Below, piece by piece: positions 39,326 to 46,291 of a stretch of DNA of 50,825 nt. The number at the start of each line of letters is the position of its first letter. Position 1 is the stretch's first letter. The DNA comes from a phage, in sequence record PZ452600.1. One strand, 5' to 3'. The translations under genes and the position numbers were made by a program. The notes under the pieces were generated by a model. The model was not told the DNA's origin. It saw only the letters and a program-made list of their open reading frames with translations, and made no database searches.

Positions 39326-39522
39326 TAGATGATCTCCATGTATGTTTCAAAGCCATTTAACTTGAACAGGCCGTTTTCACATTTGCGAACGTTCCAAGTT
39401 AGCCCTGAGTGGTACGCCTCCATATCATCAAGGTCAATGGTGATTTCAGCACCTTTCTTAAACAAACCTTTTTCGTGAGACTTGTCGCGCTTAACAACTT
39501 TAACATCAACCTGATTTTCCAT
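39325..39522 (-). CDS. hypothetical protein
   Basis: ATG 39522 (MENQVDVK) downstream of cassette 39531-39597; track start 39573 lies inside the cassette. Confidence 0.45.
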   Translation of the reverse strand: MENQVDVKVVKRDKSHEKGLFKKGAEITIDLDDMEAYHSGLTWNVRKCENGLFKLNGFETYMEII

Positions 39523-39530
39523 CTTTAAAT

Positions 39531-39597
39531 CCTCGTTTGTTGTCGATGGGTGTAATATACCATTCAGGCGCACATCGCTTTTAACAAAAAGTGCTAT
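39531..39597 (-). promoter_or_regulatory. box cassette
   Basis: minus-strand box (39597-39578), TATATT (39559-39554), CATCGACAACAAACGAGG (39548-39531); ATG 39522. Confidence 0.5.
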
Positions 39598-39883
39598 TAA
39601 ACAACTTTTCCAGTTAAAGAGATAAGTTGCCTTGTGATCTTGTGGCGGCGATACTTACGCGCAACAACAGGAAGGCTTTCACCGCTTTGATGACCAAAGC
39701 AGATCGGCAATTCACCTTCAAGGGAGCGGAAGCCACCAAATTCAAGATCCCGCACTGGCTTAGCGCGCCAGGCTTCAATAAATCCGCGCTCGTCACGAGT
39801 GATATAGCGGTATATATTCGGGAGGGGCAATTGTATCCCCTCAAAATCCACGGTATCGGTATAGCTATAAAACTTAGAACTCA
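39597..39883 (-). CDS. hypothetical protein
   Basis: ATG 39883 with GGAG 10 nt upstream; stop TAA abuts box 39578-39597. Confidence 0.45.
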
Positions 39884-39885
39884 TA

Positions 39886-40026
39886 GTCAACAACTCCAAA
39901 CTCATTGACGATTTGCGCCTTATAGAAGCCGCCATTTTTCGCCATGTTGTAACAAGCGGCTACGGTTTCAAATTCGCGCGCTTCCGGCTGGCTGTTTTCG
40001 TGTTCCCAGGTAATCAGAGTAACCAT
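39886..40026 (-). CDS. hypothetical small protein (46 aa)
   Basis: Not in ORF track; GAGG RBS + ATG 40026 directly downstream of cassette 40035-40103; MVTLITWEHENSQPEAREFETVAACYNMAKNGGFYKAQIVNEVWSC. Confidence 0.4.
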
Positions 40027-40034
40027 TTTCAAAT

Positions 40035-40103
40035 CCTCGCATTCGTTGTCGATGCGTGTAATGTACAGGAATACGAGGATTGAGTTTTAACAAAAAGTGC
40101 TAT
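40035..40103 (-). promoter_or_regulatory. box cassette
   Basis: minus-strand box (40103-40084), TACATT (40065-40060), CATCGACAACGAATGCGAGG (40054-40035); ATG 40026. Confidence 0.5.
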
Positions 40104-40367
40104 TTAGTCCAGGAATTCGATTTCACGCTCTCCAGTTAACGGATCTACAAGCCAGAATCCGAGCGGTTCGCCGTGAACACCGCCATAGAATCCAAGCGCC
40201 GTCAGATCTTCACCTTTAACAAATACCAGGTTTCCGCTACGGCTTACGTGAGACACGTTAACGATAACCGGAAATGTGCGATCCTTAAATGCGGGCCGCA
40301 GGGCGTAACATCCGTTATTGAGCAAACGTGCTTTGCGCTTAACTGGAATAGGTGCATTAATTTTCAT
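40104..40367 (-). CDS. hypothetical protein
   Basis: 87 aa; AAGGAG RBS; stop codon abuts box 40084-40103. Confidence 0.5.
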   Translation of the reverse strand: MKINAPIPVKRKARLLNNGCYALRPAFKDRTFPVIVNVSHVSRSGNLVFVKGEDLTALGFYGGVHGEPLGFWLVDPLTGEREIEFLD

Positions 40368-40379
40368 GGTTATTACTCC

Positions 40380-40592
40380 TTATCGTAAAGATTTAAAGAC
40401 GTATAGTTTATTGCGGTAACTATATATCCGCATTGTTATTTCTCGCAGCGCAATATATTCCTTCCTGTTTTCCGGCATACTGGCGAGCAATAACAGGCAG
40501 TATTTATAAGCGCGGTCAAGATTTCTTTCCGTGCCCCTGCAATATCCATTATTGCGCCTGGATCGGTACAGCCATAACAATTTCTTGAACAT
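40380..40592 (-). CDS. hypothetical basic small protein (uncertain)
   Basis: C-terminal 70 codons of track ORF 40380-40778 from ATG 40592; weak RBS; Arg-rich. Confidence 0.3.
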   Translation of the reverse strand: MFKKLLWLYRSRRNNGYCRGTERNLDRAYKYCLLLLASMPENRKEYIALREITMRIYSYRNKLYVFKSLR

Positions 40593-40593
40593 T

Positions 40594-40803
40594 TCAGATC
40601 CGCCCATACAGATCGCAAACTTCGTTGATAAAACAGCGTTGAGACTCTTTATCCTGCTTCTCAAACATCGCACGGCACTCATAGCGGTGATTATGCACGA
40701 TGACAACAACCATATTTTCAGGCGCTGACGGGTGACGCGCGGAAGCGTCGCAGATTGAAACATCCATACCCATCTCATGTGCTTTCTTGATCACATCCAA
40801 CAT
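40594..40803 (-). CDS. hypothetical protein
   Basis: ATG 40803 with AGGAG RBS (track start 40827 is TTG); 69 aa. Confidence 0.4.
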   Translation of the reverse strand: MLDVIKKAHEMGMDVSICDASARHPSAPENMVVVIVHNHRYECRAMFEKQDKESQRCFINEVCDLYGRI

Positions 40804-41057
40804 TTTTTCTTCTCCTGCAATAAGCAAACATCATTGATAAAATCAGCACGGCCCTTAATGTTGCTGATGTGGAACGTCTTTTCAGCGTACAGGCCATCAC
40901 CTTCAATCACGATCATTACGCGAGTCGGTTTATTCACGGGCGCACGAGAAAAGGGTTGGCGCACCGGAAGAAATTTAGTCATCACATCTAGGTTAGACCT
41001 GGCGGCCCTGCAAAATGCATCCGCCAGATCCAAATCATTTTCGGTAATCACCGCCAT
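40791..41057 (-). CDS. hypothetical protein
   Basis: 88 aa; overlaps upstream stop. Confidence 0.45.
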   Translation of the reverse strand: MAVITENDLDLADAFCRAARSNLDVMTKFLPVRQPFSRAPVNKPTRVMIVIEGDGLYAEKTFHISNIKGRADFINDVCLLQEKKKCWM

Positions 41058-41329
41058 TACTTCTTGATCTCCTTACTGATAAATTTCAGCACCTGGCGCA
41101 AGAAAACTTCGTTGTTGATAGTCGCTGGCAATTCTTCTTTCACTTCTTGCGGCAGATAGATATTACCGTGCCAGGTCAAGCAATCGTAGTTAATACGATA
41201 AGAGCAAAGCCACTCGCAATCGTTATCTGCTTCCCATATGCAGAGTTGCAGAACATCGCCAAAATCTTCAACAGTCAGATCCAGACCGTGACGCTTAGCG
41301 AAATTGAAAGTGGTTTTGCTGATGTTCAT
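41057..41329 (-). CDS. hypothetical protein (first gene of leftward early block)
   Basis: 90 aa; CAGGAG RBS; directly downstream of cassette 41347-41408. Confidence 0.5.
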   Translation of the reverse strand: MNISKTTFNFAKRHGLDLTVEDFGDVLQLCIWEADNDCEWLCSYRINYDCLTWHGNIYLPQEVKEELPATINNEVFLRQVLKFISKEIKK

Positions 41330-41346
41330 TTACTATCTCCTGAGCG

Positions 41347-41408
41347 GTTCGTTTCGATGTGTGTAATGTACCCGATCAGGCGGCCTGAGTTTTAACAAAA
41401 AGTGCTAT
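41347..41408 (-). promoter_or_regulatory. box cassette heading the leftward early block
   Basis: minus-strand box (41408-41389), hairpin CAGGCCGCCTGATCGGG, TACATT (41370-41365), CATCGAAACGAAC (41359-41347); ATG 41329. Confidence 0.5.
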
Positions 41409-41437
41409 TTGACGGTTAGCACCAGGATTGTGATCGA

Positions 41438-41530
41438 AATAATCAAAAGTAATCATTCGTAATCAAATCGCGTCAAAATGATGATTGCCTTTGCAAATTT
41501 GATGAGAAAAGTAATCACGTTTAATCATTG
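41438..41530. repeat. iteron-like array of five (G)TAATCA repeats
   Basis: aaTAATCAaaa, gTAATCAttc, gTAATCAaat (10-11 bp phasing), then gTAATCAcgt, tTAATCAttg 40 nt later; non-coding. Confidence 0.5.
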
Positions 41531-41963
41531 GTTGCAGGGGAGATAGTGAAACCTTCCCCTCTTGCCTCACTTTTCCTCCTGGCTGTCAGTGGTTGTTGTC
41601 TTTTGTTCACCACTGTTACCGATTTCAGGCGGCGTGTTTCCGCGCGGTTTTCCGGTGTAGCGAAAACGGAAAAAACAAAGAAAATCCTCTATAATACATT
41701 GAAAATAAAGATTATTTATTTATATATATCTATAATGTTTTCTTTTTGTTCTCACTGTTACAGTGCTTTTTGTTGGTTATGGTGTGGTTGTGTGTGGGTA
41801 TATATGGATAGTTTCGCGCGCGGCGGATTGCATATGTATATATACTTTTTCCGGCGGATTGCGTTAACAGCGTGAACAGAAAAATAACAGCCGCGAAATC
41901 AATAACTTGCGCGTGATTTTGTAGTTTTTCGATATTGGTAACGTTTTGAATACAACAAAAACA

Positions 41964-41991
41964 TTGACACGCACCAAATAGCTTTTATAAT
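41964..41991 (+). promoter_or_regulatory. near-consensus sigma70 promoter for rightward early block
   Basis: TTGACA-N16-TATAAT; GGAGG RBS and ATG 42023 follow. Confidence 0.7.
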
Positions 41992-42022
41992 GCGCCAACA
42001 GTCAACAACCGGAGGAAAGGAA

Positions 42023-42487
42023 ATGGAACAGAAAACCACTAAGGACTATTGCGATTGGCTTCGCGAGCTTGGTCGCCGCCTGGCTAGTGGAGATATTGAA
42101 GAGTATAAAATGTCACTAATTGACCTGGCCGGAATGTTAAGCGGTGACGACTGCTACAAGATCACGCGCAGTTCATCCTACAGCCGGACCATTATCAACC
42201 GCATTCCAGAAGTAAGGGCCGCAGGTCGGGTAAGCATCAAGGTAGAGGAAGCGGAAGATGATAAATTTTACGTTTTCCGCATGGTCCGCGAATCGAAAAG
42301 GAAAATCATCACACCCGAAGAATTGCCAGCCATCAAGGCAAGGGCGATCAAAAAGTTTGCCGATCGCTTGCTGGCAGCAATCCCGAATATCGTTGACCTG
42401 GAAGGGGATAAACTGGCTGGAGCTTGTGAGGGCGTAAGCCGCTACCAGGATATGATCCGCGAAATCATCAAAGAGGAAGAGCAATGA
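42023..42487 (+). CDS. hypothetical protein (first gene after near-consensus promoter)
   Basis: GGAGGAAAGG RBS before ATG 42023; the track start 41990 falls inside the -10 hexamer. Confidence 0.55.
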   Translation: MEQKTTKDYCDWLRELGRRLASGDIEEYKMSLIDLAGMLSGDDCYKITRSSSYSRTIINRIPEVRAAGRVSIKVEEAEDDKFYVFRMVRESKRKIITPEELPAIKARAIKKFADRLLAAIPNIVDLEGDKLAGACEGVSRYQDMIREIIKEEEQ

Positions 42488-42756
42488 AAAAGGCATTAAT
42501 CAGCGTTTTGGCGGCAATGGCATTCCTGACCGGATGCAAAGAAGATGGCGCGCATGTTGGCAATGTGCAGATGGCTAACCCTGGCGATGACTACAGCGTA
42601 AGGGAGCTATTCACCGCTGACGGTTGCACCGTTTACCGATTCTATGACGATCGCACTGTTTACTTCACCAACTGCAAGGGAACGACTAGCTGGGAAGTGT
42701 CGAAAAGCAACGGCAAAGGCACAACAACAGAATATATGACCGTCGAGACAAAATAG
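42484..42756 (+). CDS. early lipoprotein
   Basis: ATGA overlap; signal peptide with lipobox LTGC (MKKALISVLAAMAFLTGCKED). Confidence 0.6.
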   Translation: MKKALISVLAAMAFLTGCKEDGAHVGNVQMANPGDDYSVRELFTADGCTVYRFYDDRTVYFTNCKGTTSWEVSKSNGKGTTTEYMTVETK

Positions 42757-42812
42757 CACTTTTTGTTAAAACGCCAGGTGCAAAGCCTGGCATAATAGCC
42801 TCATCGAAACGA
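42753..42812 (+). promoter_or_regulatory. box cassette
   Basis: box 42753-42772 contains upstream stop TAG; hairpin GCCAGG/CCTGGC; CATAAT 42791-42796; CATCGAAACGA 42802-42812. Confidence 0.5.
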
Positions 42813-42828
42813 GATTGAGGAAACAAAA

Positions 42829-43014
42829 ATGGCACGTCGCATCACCAAAGACCTTAAAGTCCTGAACAAAGAAAACGTAGTTAAAATCCTGGTTATATGG
42901 GGCTACAACGAAGAAGCAGCAAAGCAGAAGGTAGAGGCAGGTTATGACCTGGCTGTAAAAGCAATGCCAAACGACGACGCCAAAGGCATTGCAAACTATG
43001 TAGCGTTCTTTTAA
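42829..43014 (+). CDS. hypothetical protein
   Basis: GAGG 8 nt before ATG; downstream of cassette 42753-42812. Confidence 0.5.
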   Translation: MARRITKDLKVLNKENVVKILVIWGYNEEAAKQKVEAGYDLAVKAMPNDDAKGIANYVAFF

Positions 43015-43029
43015 TTAGCAGGTGAATAA

Positions 43030-43215
43030 ATGAAAACGAAATTAGTCCATAAATCAGAAATCAAGATCGGCGATACTGTGATTCACAACGGCGAGCTTAG
43101 AACGGTTGGCAAAGAGTCAATAAGCCGCGATGAATTTATGGGGATCTTGTTGTTCGGTGACTCTTATCGTCTTGGTTACAAGATGGTTGAGCTTGTGGAA
43201 GAGGTCAAATTCTAA
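43030..43215 (+). CDS. hypothetical protein
   Basis: AGGTGA RBS; 61 aa. Confidence 0.5.
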   Translation: MKTKLVHKSEIKIGDTVIHNGELRTVGKESISRDEFMGILLFGDSYRLGYKMVELVEEVKF

Positions 43216-43259
43216 ATAGCACTTTTTGTTAAAACTCGAAAACGATAACCAGGCATAAT
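43216..43259 (+). promoter_or_regulatory. box cassette
   Basis: box 43216-43235; N18; CATAAT 43254-43259; stem-loop GGGCGGCACGGCGTCGCCC in leader. Confidence 0.5.
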
Positions 43260-43313
43260 AAATCACATAGGGCGGCACGGCGTCGCCCACAAAACCAATC
43301 AGGAGAAAGCACC

Positions 43314-44117
43314 ATGTTAAAACTTGCTGACATTAAATTCCCGATCACCTTCGAATCTCGCGGCATTGGTCATTACATTTTTACTGATGAAAAAACATGC
43401 CATAAAGTTGATTTGCATAGCTACAAGCGTGCGCCATCAGACATGGAGATTGAACACTTCATTGATGCACATAACAAGCACTACAACGCACTTAAAGACT
43501 ATGGCTATGCAATGCCAGGATATACCAGCTTCCACTACAAGCCATATAAAGGCCAGGTGTTGCCAGTGCGCTCGCCGGAACGCGCAGAGATTCCGATGGT
43601 CAATATGAAAACATGCGACTACAAAAAGCTGTGGTGCTTAAGTGTGGACAATATCAAGTATCCGATCACGTTCCGCACGACTGGTAAGTCAACGATTCGC
43701 TACACATCGCGCGAAAATGGCGTTTATAGCGATGGTACGAAATCAGAGTTGAAAGTTGATTTCTTTGTCAACGGTCACAACAAATTCAATCCGCACAACG
43801 AAGAGGATAAAGTGTACTACGTGGAAGACATTACAAAACACTTGTTTGGAGAAACTCCATTCGGCGGCGGTAAGACGTCAATTCAAAAAATCGTAACGCA
43901 GGGCGCGATTGAAGATATGCCAGTTGCAGCCACGCTAAAAGGAGTCCGGCTTGATGACGGCACCTGGTATGAATTAACGGCTACACCAAAGACGATCGAA
44001 ATTCATGATGATGTTGTTATCCTTCTGCTTCACTACGGCGGCTATAAAAACCGGACGATTACAGGTGAGATCAGCATCAAGCGCGGAACGATGGTTAAGT
44101 GGAAGGTCAAAGTGTAA
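43314..44117 (+). CDS. hypothetical protein with internal duplication
   Basis: 267 aa; repeated segment ADIKFPITFESRGIGHYIFTDE / DNIKYPITFRTTGKSTIRYTSRE; downstream of cassette 43216-43259. Confidence 0.55.
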   Translation: MLKLADIKFPITFESRGIGHYIFTDEKTCHKVDLHSYKRAPSDMEIEHFIDAHNKHYNALKDYGYAMPGYTSFHYKPYKGQVLPVRSPERAEIPMVNMKTCDYKKLWCLSVDNIKYPITFRTTGKSTIRYTSRENGVYSDGTKSELKVDFFVNGHNKFNPHNEEDKVYYVEDITKHLFGETPFGGGKTSIQKIVTQGAIEDMPVAATLKGVRLDDGTWYELTATPKTIEIHDDVVILLLHYGGYKNRTITGEISIKRGTMVKWKVKV

Positions 44118-44160
44118 ATAGCACGAATTGTTAAAACTCAAATGTGGGGCCAGGTATAAT
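44118..44160 (+). promoter_or_regulatory. box cassette (variant box)
   Basis: ATAGCACGAATTGTTAAAAC 44118-44137; hairpin GTGGGGCC/GGCCCCAC with TATAAT 44155-44160 in loop. Confidence 0.5.
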
Positions 44161-44190
44161 GGCCCCACTTTCAACGAAGGAGATAAAACG

Positions 44191-44412
44191 ATGTACATTA
44201 GCAAGAAGATGAAATGTGTTTCCGTTAACTATGCTTGCTCTGGCATGTTCAAGCCTGGCGAAATCTATACGGCGCAAAAACTGAAATCATCAACCGGATC
44301 TTTTTACGTGAGCAATAGTAAGGGGCATCGCATGTTCCTGAACGGCGGCGAAGGCACTAAGGTTATGGCACACGCTATGGTAATGGCTGAATTTGAGGAA
44401 GTGAAACAATGA
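44191..44412 (+). CDS. hypothetical protein, tandem paralog A
   Basis: AAGGAG RBS before ATG 44191; paralogous to the next ORF (..FLNGGEGTKVMAH..AEFEEVK). Confidence 0.5.
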   Translation: MYISKKMKCVSVNYACSGMFKPGEIYTAQKLKSSTGSFYVSNSKGHRMFLNGGEGTKVMAHAMVMAEFEEVKQ

Positions 44413-44654
44413 TCATTGAAAACAATTTTCTTTGCGTTAAGAGCAATAGACCATTCTTCACGCCTGGCAAGGTGTACCAGGGCAAGAAGGACACAATAGA
44501 TGGTAACTCTTATCATGTTTACTGCAACAACGGATACAAGTTTTACCTTAACGGCAACAATGGAACTGAGATCGTTGCGTTTGAAAACGTAGTTGCCGAG
44601 TTCGAGCAGATTACAGACGCGGAATTTGAGGAAGTGAAAGATGAAAACAAATAA
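44409..44654 (+). CDS. hypothetical protein, tandem paralog B
   Basis: ATGA overlap; ..FYLNGNNGTEIVAFENVVAEFEQ..EFEEVK matches paralog A. Confidence 0.5.
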   Translation: MIIENNFLCVKSNRPFFTPGKVYQGKKDTIDGNSYHVYCNNGYKFYLNGNNGTEIVAFENVVAEFEQITDAEFEEVKDENK

Positions 44655-44862
44655 GCGCGTCAAGCACAGGTTTACTGATAACCACGGCGACGCGATTGAT
44701 GTATACAAGTTCGGCGATCGCGTGTTTATTGATGGCACGTTTGAAGGTGGGCGTAGGCCGGATTTTAGGTCGATACTTACCGTTGACCAAGTGCGCAAGC
44801 TGGCAGATAAGTTAAATGATCTGGCAGATGAAATAGAATACAAGCAAATCCATTTTAATTGA
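44641..44862 (+). CDS. hypothetical protein
   Basis: 73 aa; overlaps upstream 3' end. Confidence 0.45.
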   Translation: MKTNKRVKHRFTDNHGDAIDVYKFGDRVFIDGTFEGGRRPDFRSILTVDQVRKLADKLNDLADEIEYKQIHFN

Positions 44863-44873
44863 TAGGTTTGATA

Positions 44874-45413
44874 ATGAAAAAATACACTTTCGAACTGTGG
44901 GGCAATAAGTACGAATTAATCACCAGCAAGCCGATTGTTATCGTTGACCTGGACGGCACGCTGTCGGACGGATCGCATCGCTTGCACTTGTTGCCAACTG
45001 AAAACTTGCACCTTACGGAATCGTGGCGCGAGTTTAACAGGGCCGCAGCAGGAGATTCACCGATTAAAAGCACGATCGCGATTGTTAACGGTTTGTGGGT
45101 GTCTGGATTTGCCATCGTCATCTTGACCGGACGCAGCGACGAGGTGCGCTATGAAACATGCAAATGGTTGAATGAGAGCGGCGTGAAGTTTGACGAAATC
45201 ATCATGCGCCGACATGAGGACAACCGAAAGGATACGGTTATTAAAGAAGAAGCCTTGCGCGCTATTGGCCTGGACAATATTGTTTGCGCCTTTGACGATT
45301 CGCCGAACGTTGTTAAGCACTTCCGCAGCCTGGGAATCACAACCTATCAGGTCACGGAATACGACAAGCCACACGCTCACCTGCAATCTCACGGCGTGGA
45401 GTGTTTAAAATGA
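44874..45413 (+). CDS. HAD-superfamily phosphatase (nucleotidase / polynucleotide 3'-phosphatase-like)
   Basis: HAD motif I IVIVDLDGTLSDG, motif II ILTGR, motif IV FDDSPNVV; ATG 44874 (track start 44859 is TTG). Confidence 0.65.
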   Translation: MKKYTFELWGNKYELITSKPIVIVDLDGTLSDGSHRLHLLPTENLHLTESWREFNRAAAGDSPIKSTIAIVNGLWVSGFAIVILTGRSDEVRYETCKWLNESGVKFDEIIMRRHEDNRKDTVIKEEALRAIGLDNIVCAFDDSPNVVKHFRSLGITTYQVTEYDKPHAHLQSHGVECLK

Positions 45414-45571
45414 CTTGGTTGCTTTTAATCTTTGTCACAAGTTACAACTCCGCAGCTATTGAGTCGCAGGAGTTCCACGGCGAATCAAGATGCCAGGAAG
45501 CGCGAAAGCAAGTTGTTCTCCACATGTCAGATAGTGGGAAGGATGTAACAGCGTTATGCGTTCGTAAATAG
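45410..45571 (+). CDS. small secreted/membrane protein (53 aa)
   Basis: Not in ORF track; ATGA overlap with HAD stop; hydrophobic N-terminus MTWLLLIFVTSYNSAAIES; stop TAG embedded in box 45568-45588. Confidence 0.4.
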   Translation: MTWLLLIFVTSYNSAAIESQEFHGESRCQEARKQVVLHMSDSGKDVTALCVRK

Positions 45572-45612
45572 CACTTTTTGCAAAAAACAGATTAACGGGC
45601 TTGCGGTATAGT
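45568..45612 (+). promoter_or_regulatory. box cassette (variant box)
   Basis: ATAGCACTTTTTGCAAAAAAC 45568-45588; hairpin GGGCTT/AAGCCC with TATAGT 45607-45612 in loop. Confidence 0.45.
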
Positions 45613-45643
45613 AAGCCCATCAACAACAAGCGAGGATTAAATC

Positions 45644-45907
45644 ATGGCTAACAAGATCGAATTTTTCAAAGCGGTAGACATTATTGATGGCGCGCCTAGC
45701 TTCTTTGCCATCCATTCTATTGACGGCAAGGATATTGGGTACAACGTTATCCGTCGAGATGGAATCTCAAAACTTAGTGACCTGGTAGGTCATGTTGTGG
45801 CGAACGGGAAATGTGCATGGCCCGATTCGCCGCGAGAGCCGCGCCGCCGCGACATGGTAGAGCCTGTTCTGCTTTACACTCTGGTAGTAGAAGGAGAAAA
45901 TAAATGA
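45644..45907 (+). CDS. hypothetical protein
   Basis: GAGG RBS; downstream of cassette 45568-45612. Confidence 0.5.
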   Translation: MANKIEFFKAVDIIDGAPSFFAIHSIDGKDIGYNVIRRDGISKLSDLVGHVVANGKCAWPDSPREPRRRDMVEPVLLYTLVVEGENK

Positions 45908-46089
45908 TTTGGTTACTTGCTTTTTTGGTTGTTTTTCTTTACATTTCAGGCTTGTTTACGTTCCGCGCGTTGGTGAAATATTCTGACGCGACAGACAAAG
46001 ACGATAAAATCGTTCTCGCTTTCTGGTTTGTTTGGGTGTGGTTAGCAATTTACGAGATCATCAGAGACAAACAGAAATTTGATTGGTGA
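45904..46089 (+). CDS. small membrane protein
   Basis: ATGA overlap; two hydrophobic helices. Confidence 0.45.
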   Translation: MIWLLAFLVVFLYISGLFTFRALVKYSDATDKDDKIVLAFWFVWVWLAIYEIIRDKQKFDW

Positions 46090-46145
46090 TTCTTGCTATG
46101 GCGCATTCATGCAGTGCGCCATGTTGAGAAAACCTAAAGGGGGAA

Positions 46146-46289
46146 ATGATGCGTAACTTTGAAAAAATCGTTACCAAAAAGAAGCGTCGCGGATACGATG
46201 AGCATGTAGAGTTTGTGAACAAGCAACGCAAGAAGCGCCATAGACGCGAAATGCTGCATAATATCAACTCACGCTATGGAGATCATTAA
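46146..46289 (+). CDS. small basic protein (47 aa)
   Basis: Not in ORF track; AGGGGGAA RBS; Lys/Arg-rich (KKKRRGY...KQRKKRHRRE). Confidence 0.35.
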   Translation: MMRNFEKIVTKKKRRGYDEHVEFVNKQRKKRHRREMLHNINSRYGDH

Positions 46290-46291
46290 TC

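Noticed and set aside
40380-40778. Full-length track ORF (132 aa) on the minus strand
   Set aside because: Its N-terminal two-thirds overlap the better-supported ORF 40594-40803 in another frame; only the C-terminal 70 codons from ATG 40592 are kept, at low confidence.
41528-41875. Track ORF (115 aa) inside the paralogous AT/GT-rich region
   Set aside because: Same reasoning: low-complexity translation across a repeat-rich promoter region, no RBS.
41990-42022. Track start codon at 41990 for the first early gene
   Set aside because: That ATG lies in the -10 hexamer of the TTGACA-N16-TATAAT promoter; GGAGG plus ATG at 42023 is the plausible start.
42753-42772. Reading the box as a sigma54 promoter (TAGCAC-N5-TTGC vs TGGCAC-N5-TTGC)
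   Set aside because: The near-invariant GG of the -24 element is AG in every copy, and a TATAAT-like hexamer sits at fixed distance downstream, which sigma54 promoters lack. The resemblance is probably coincidental.
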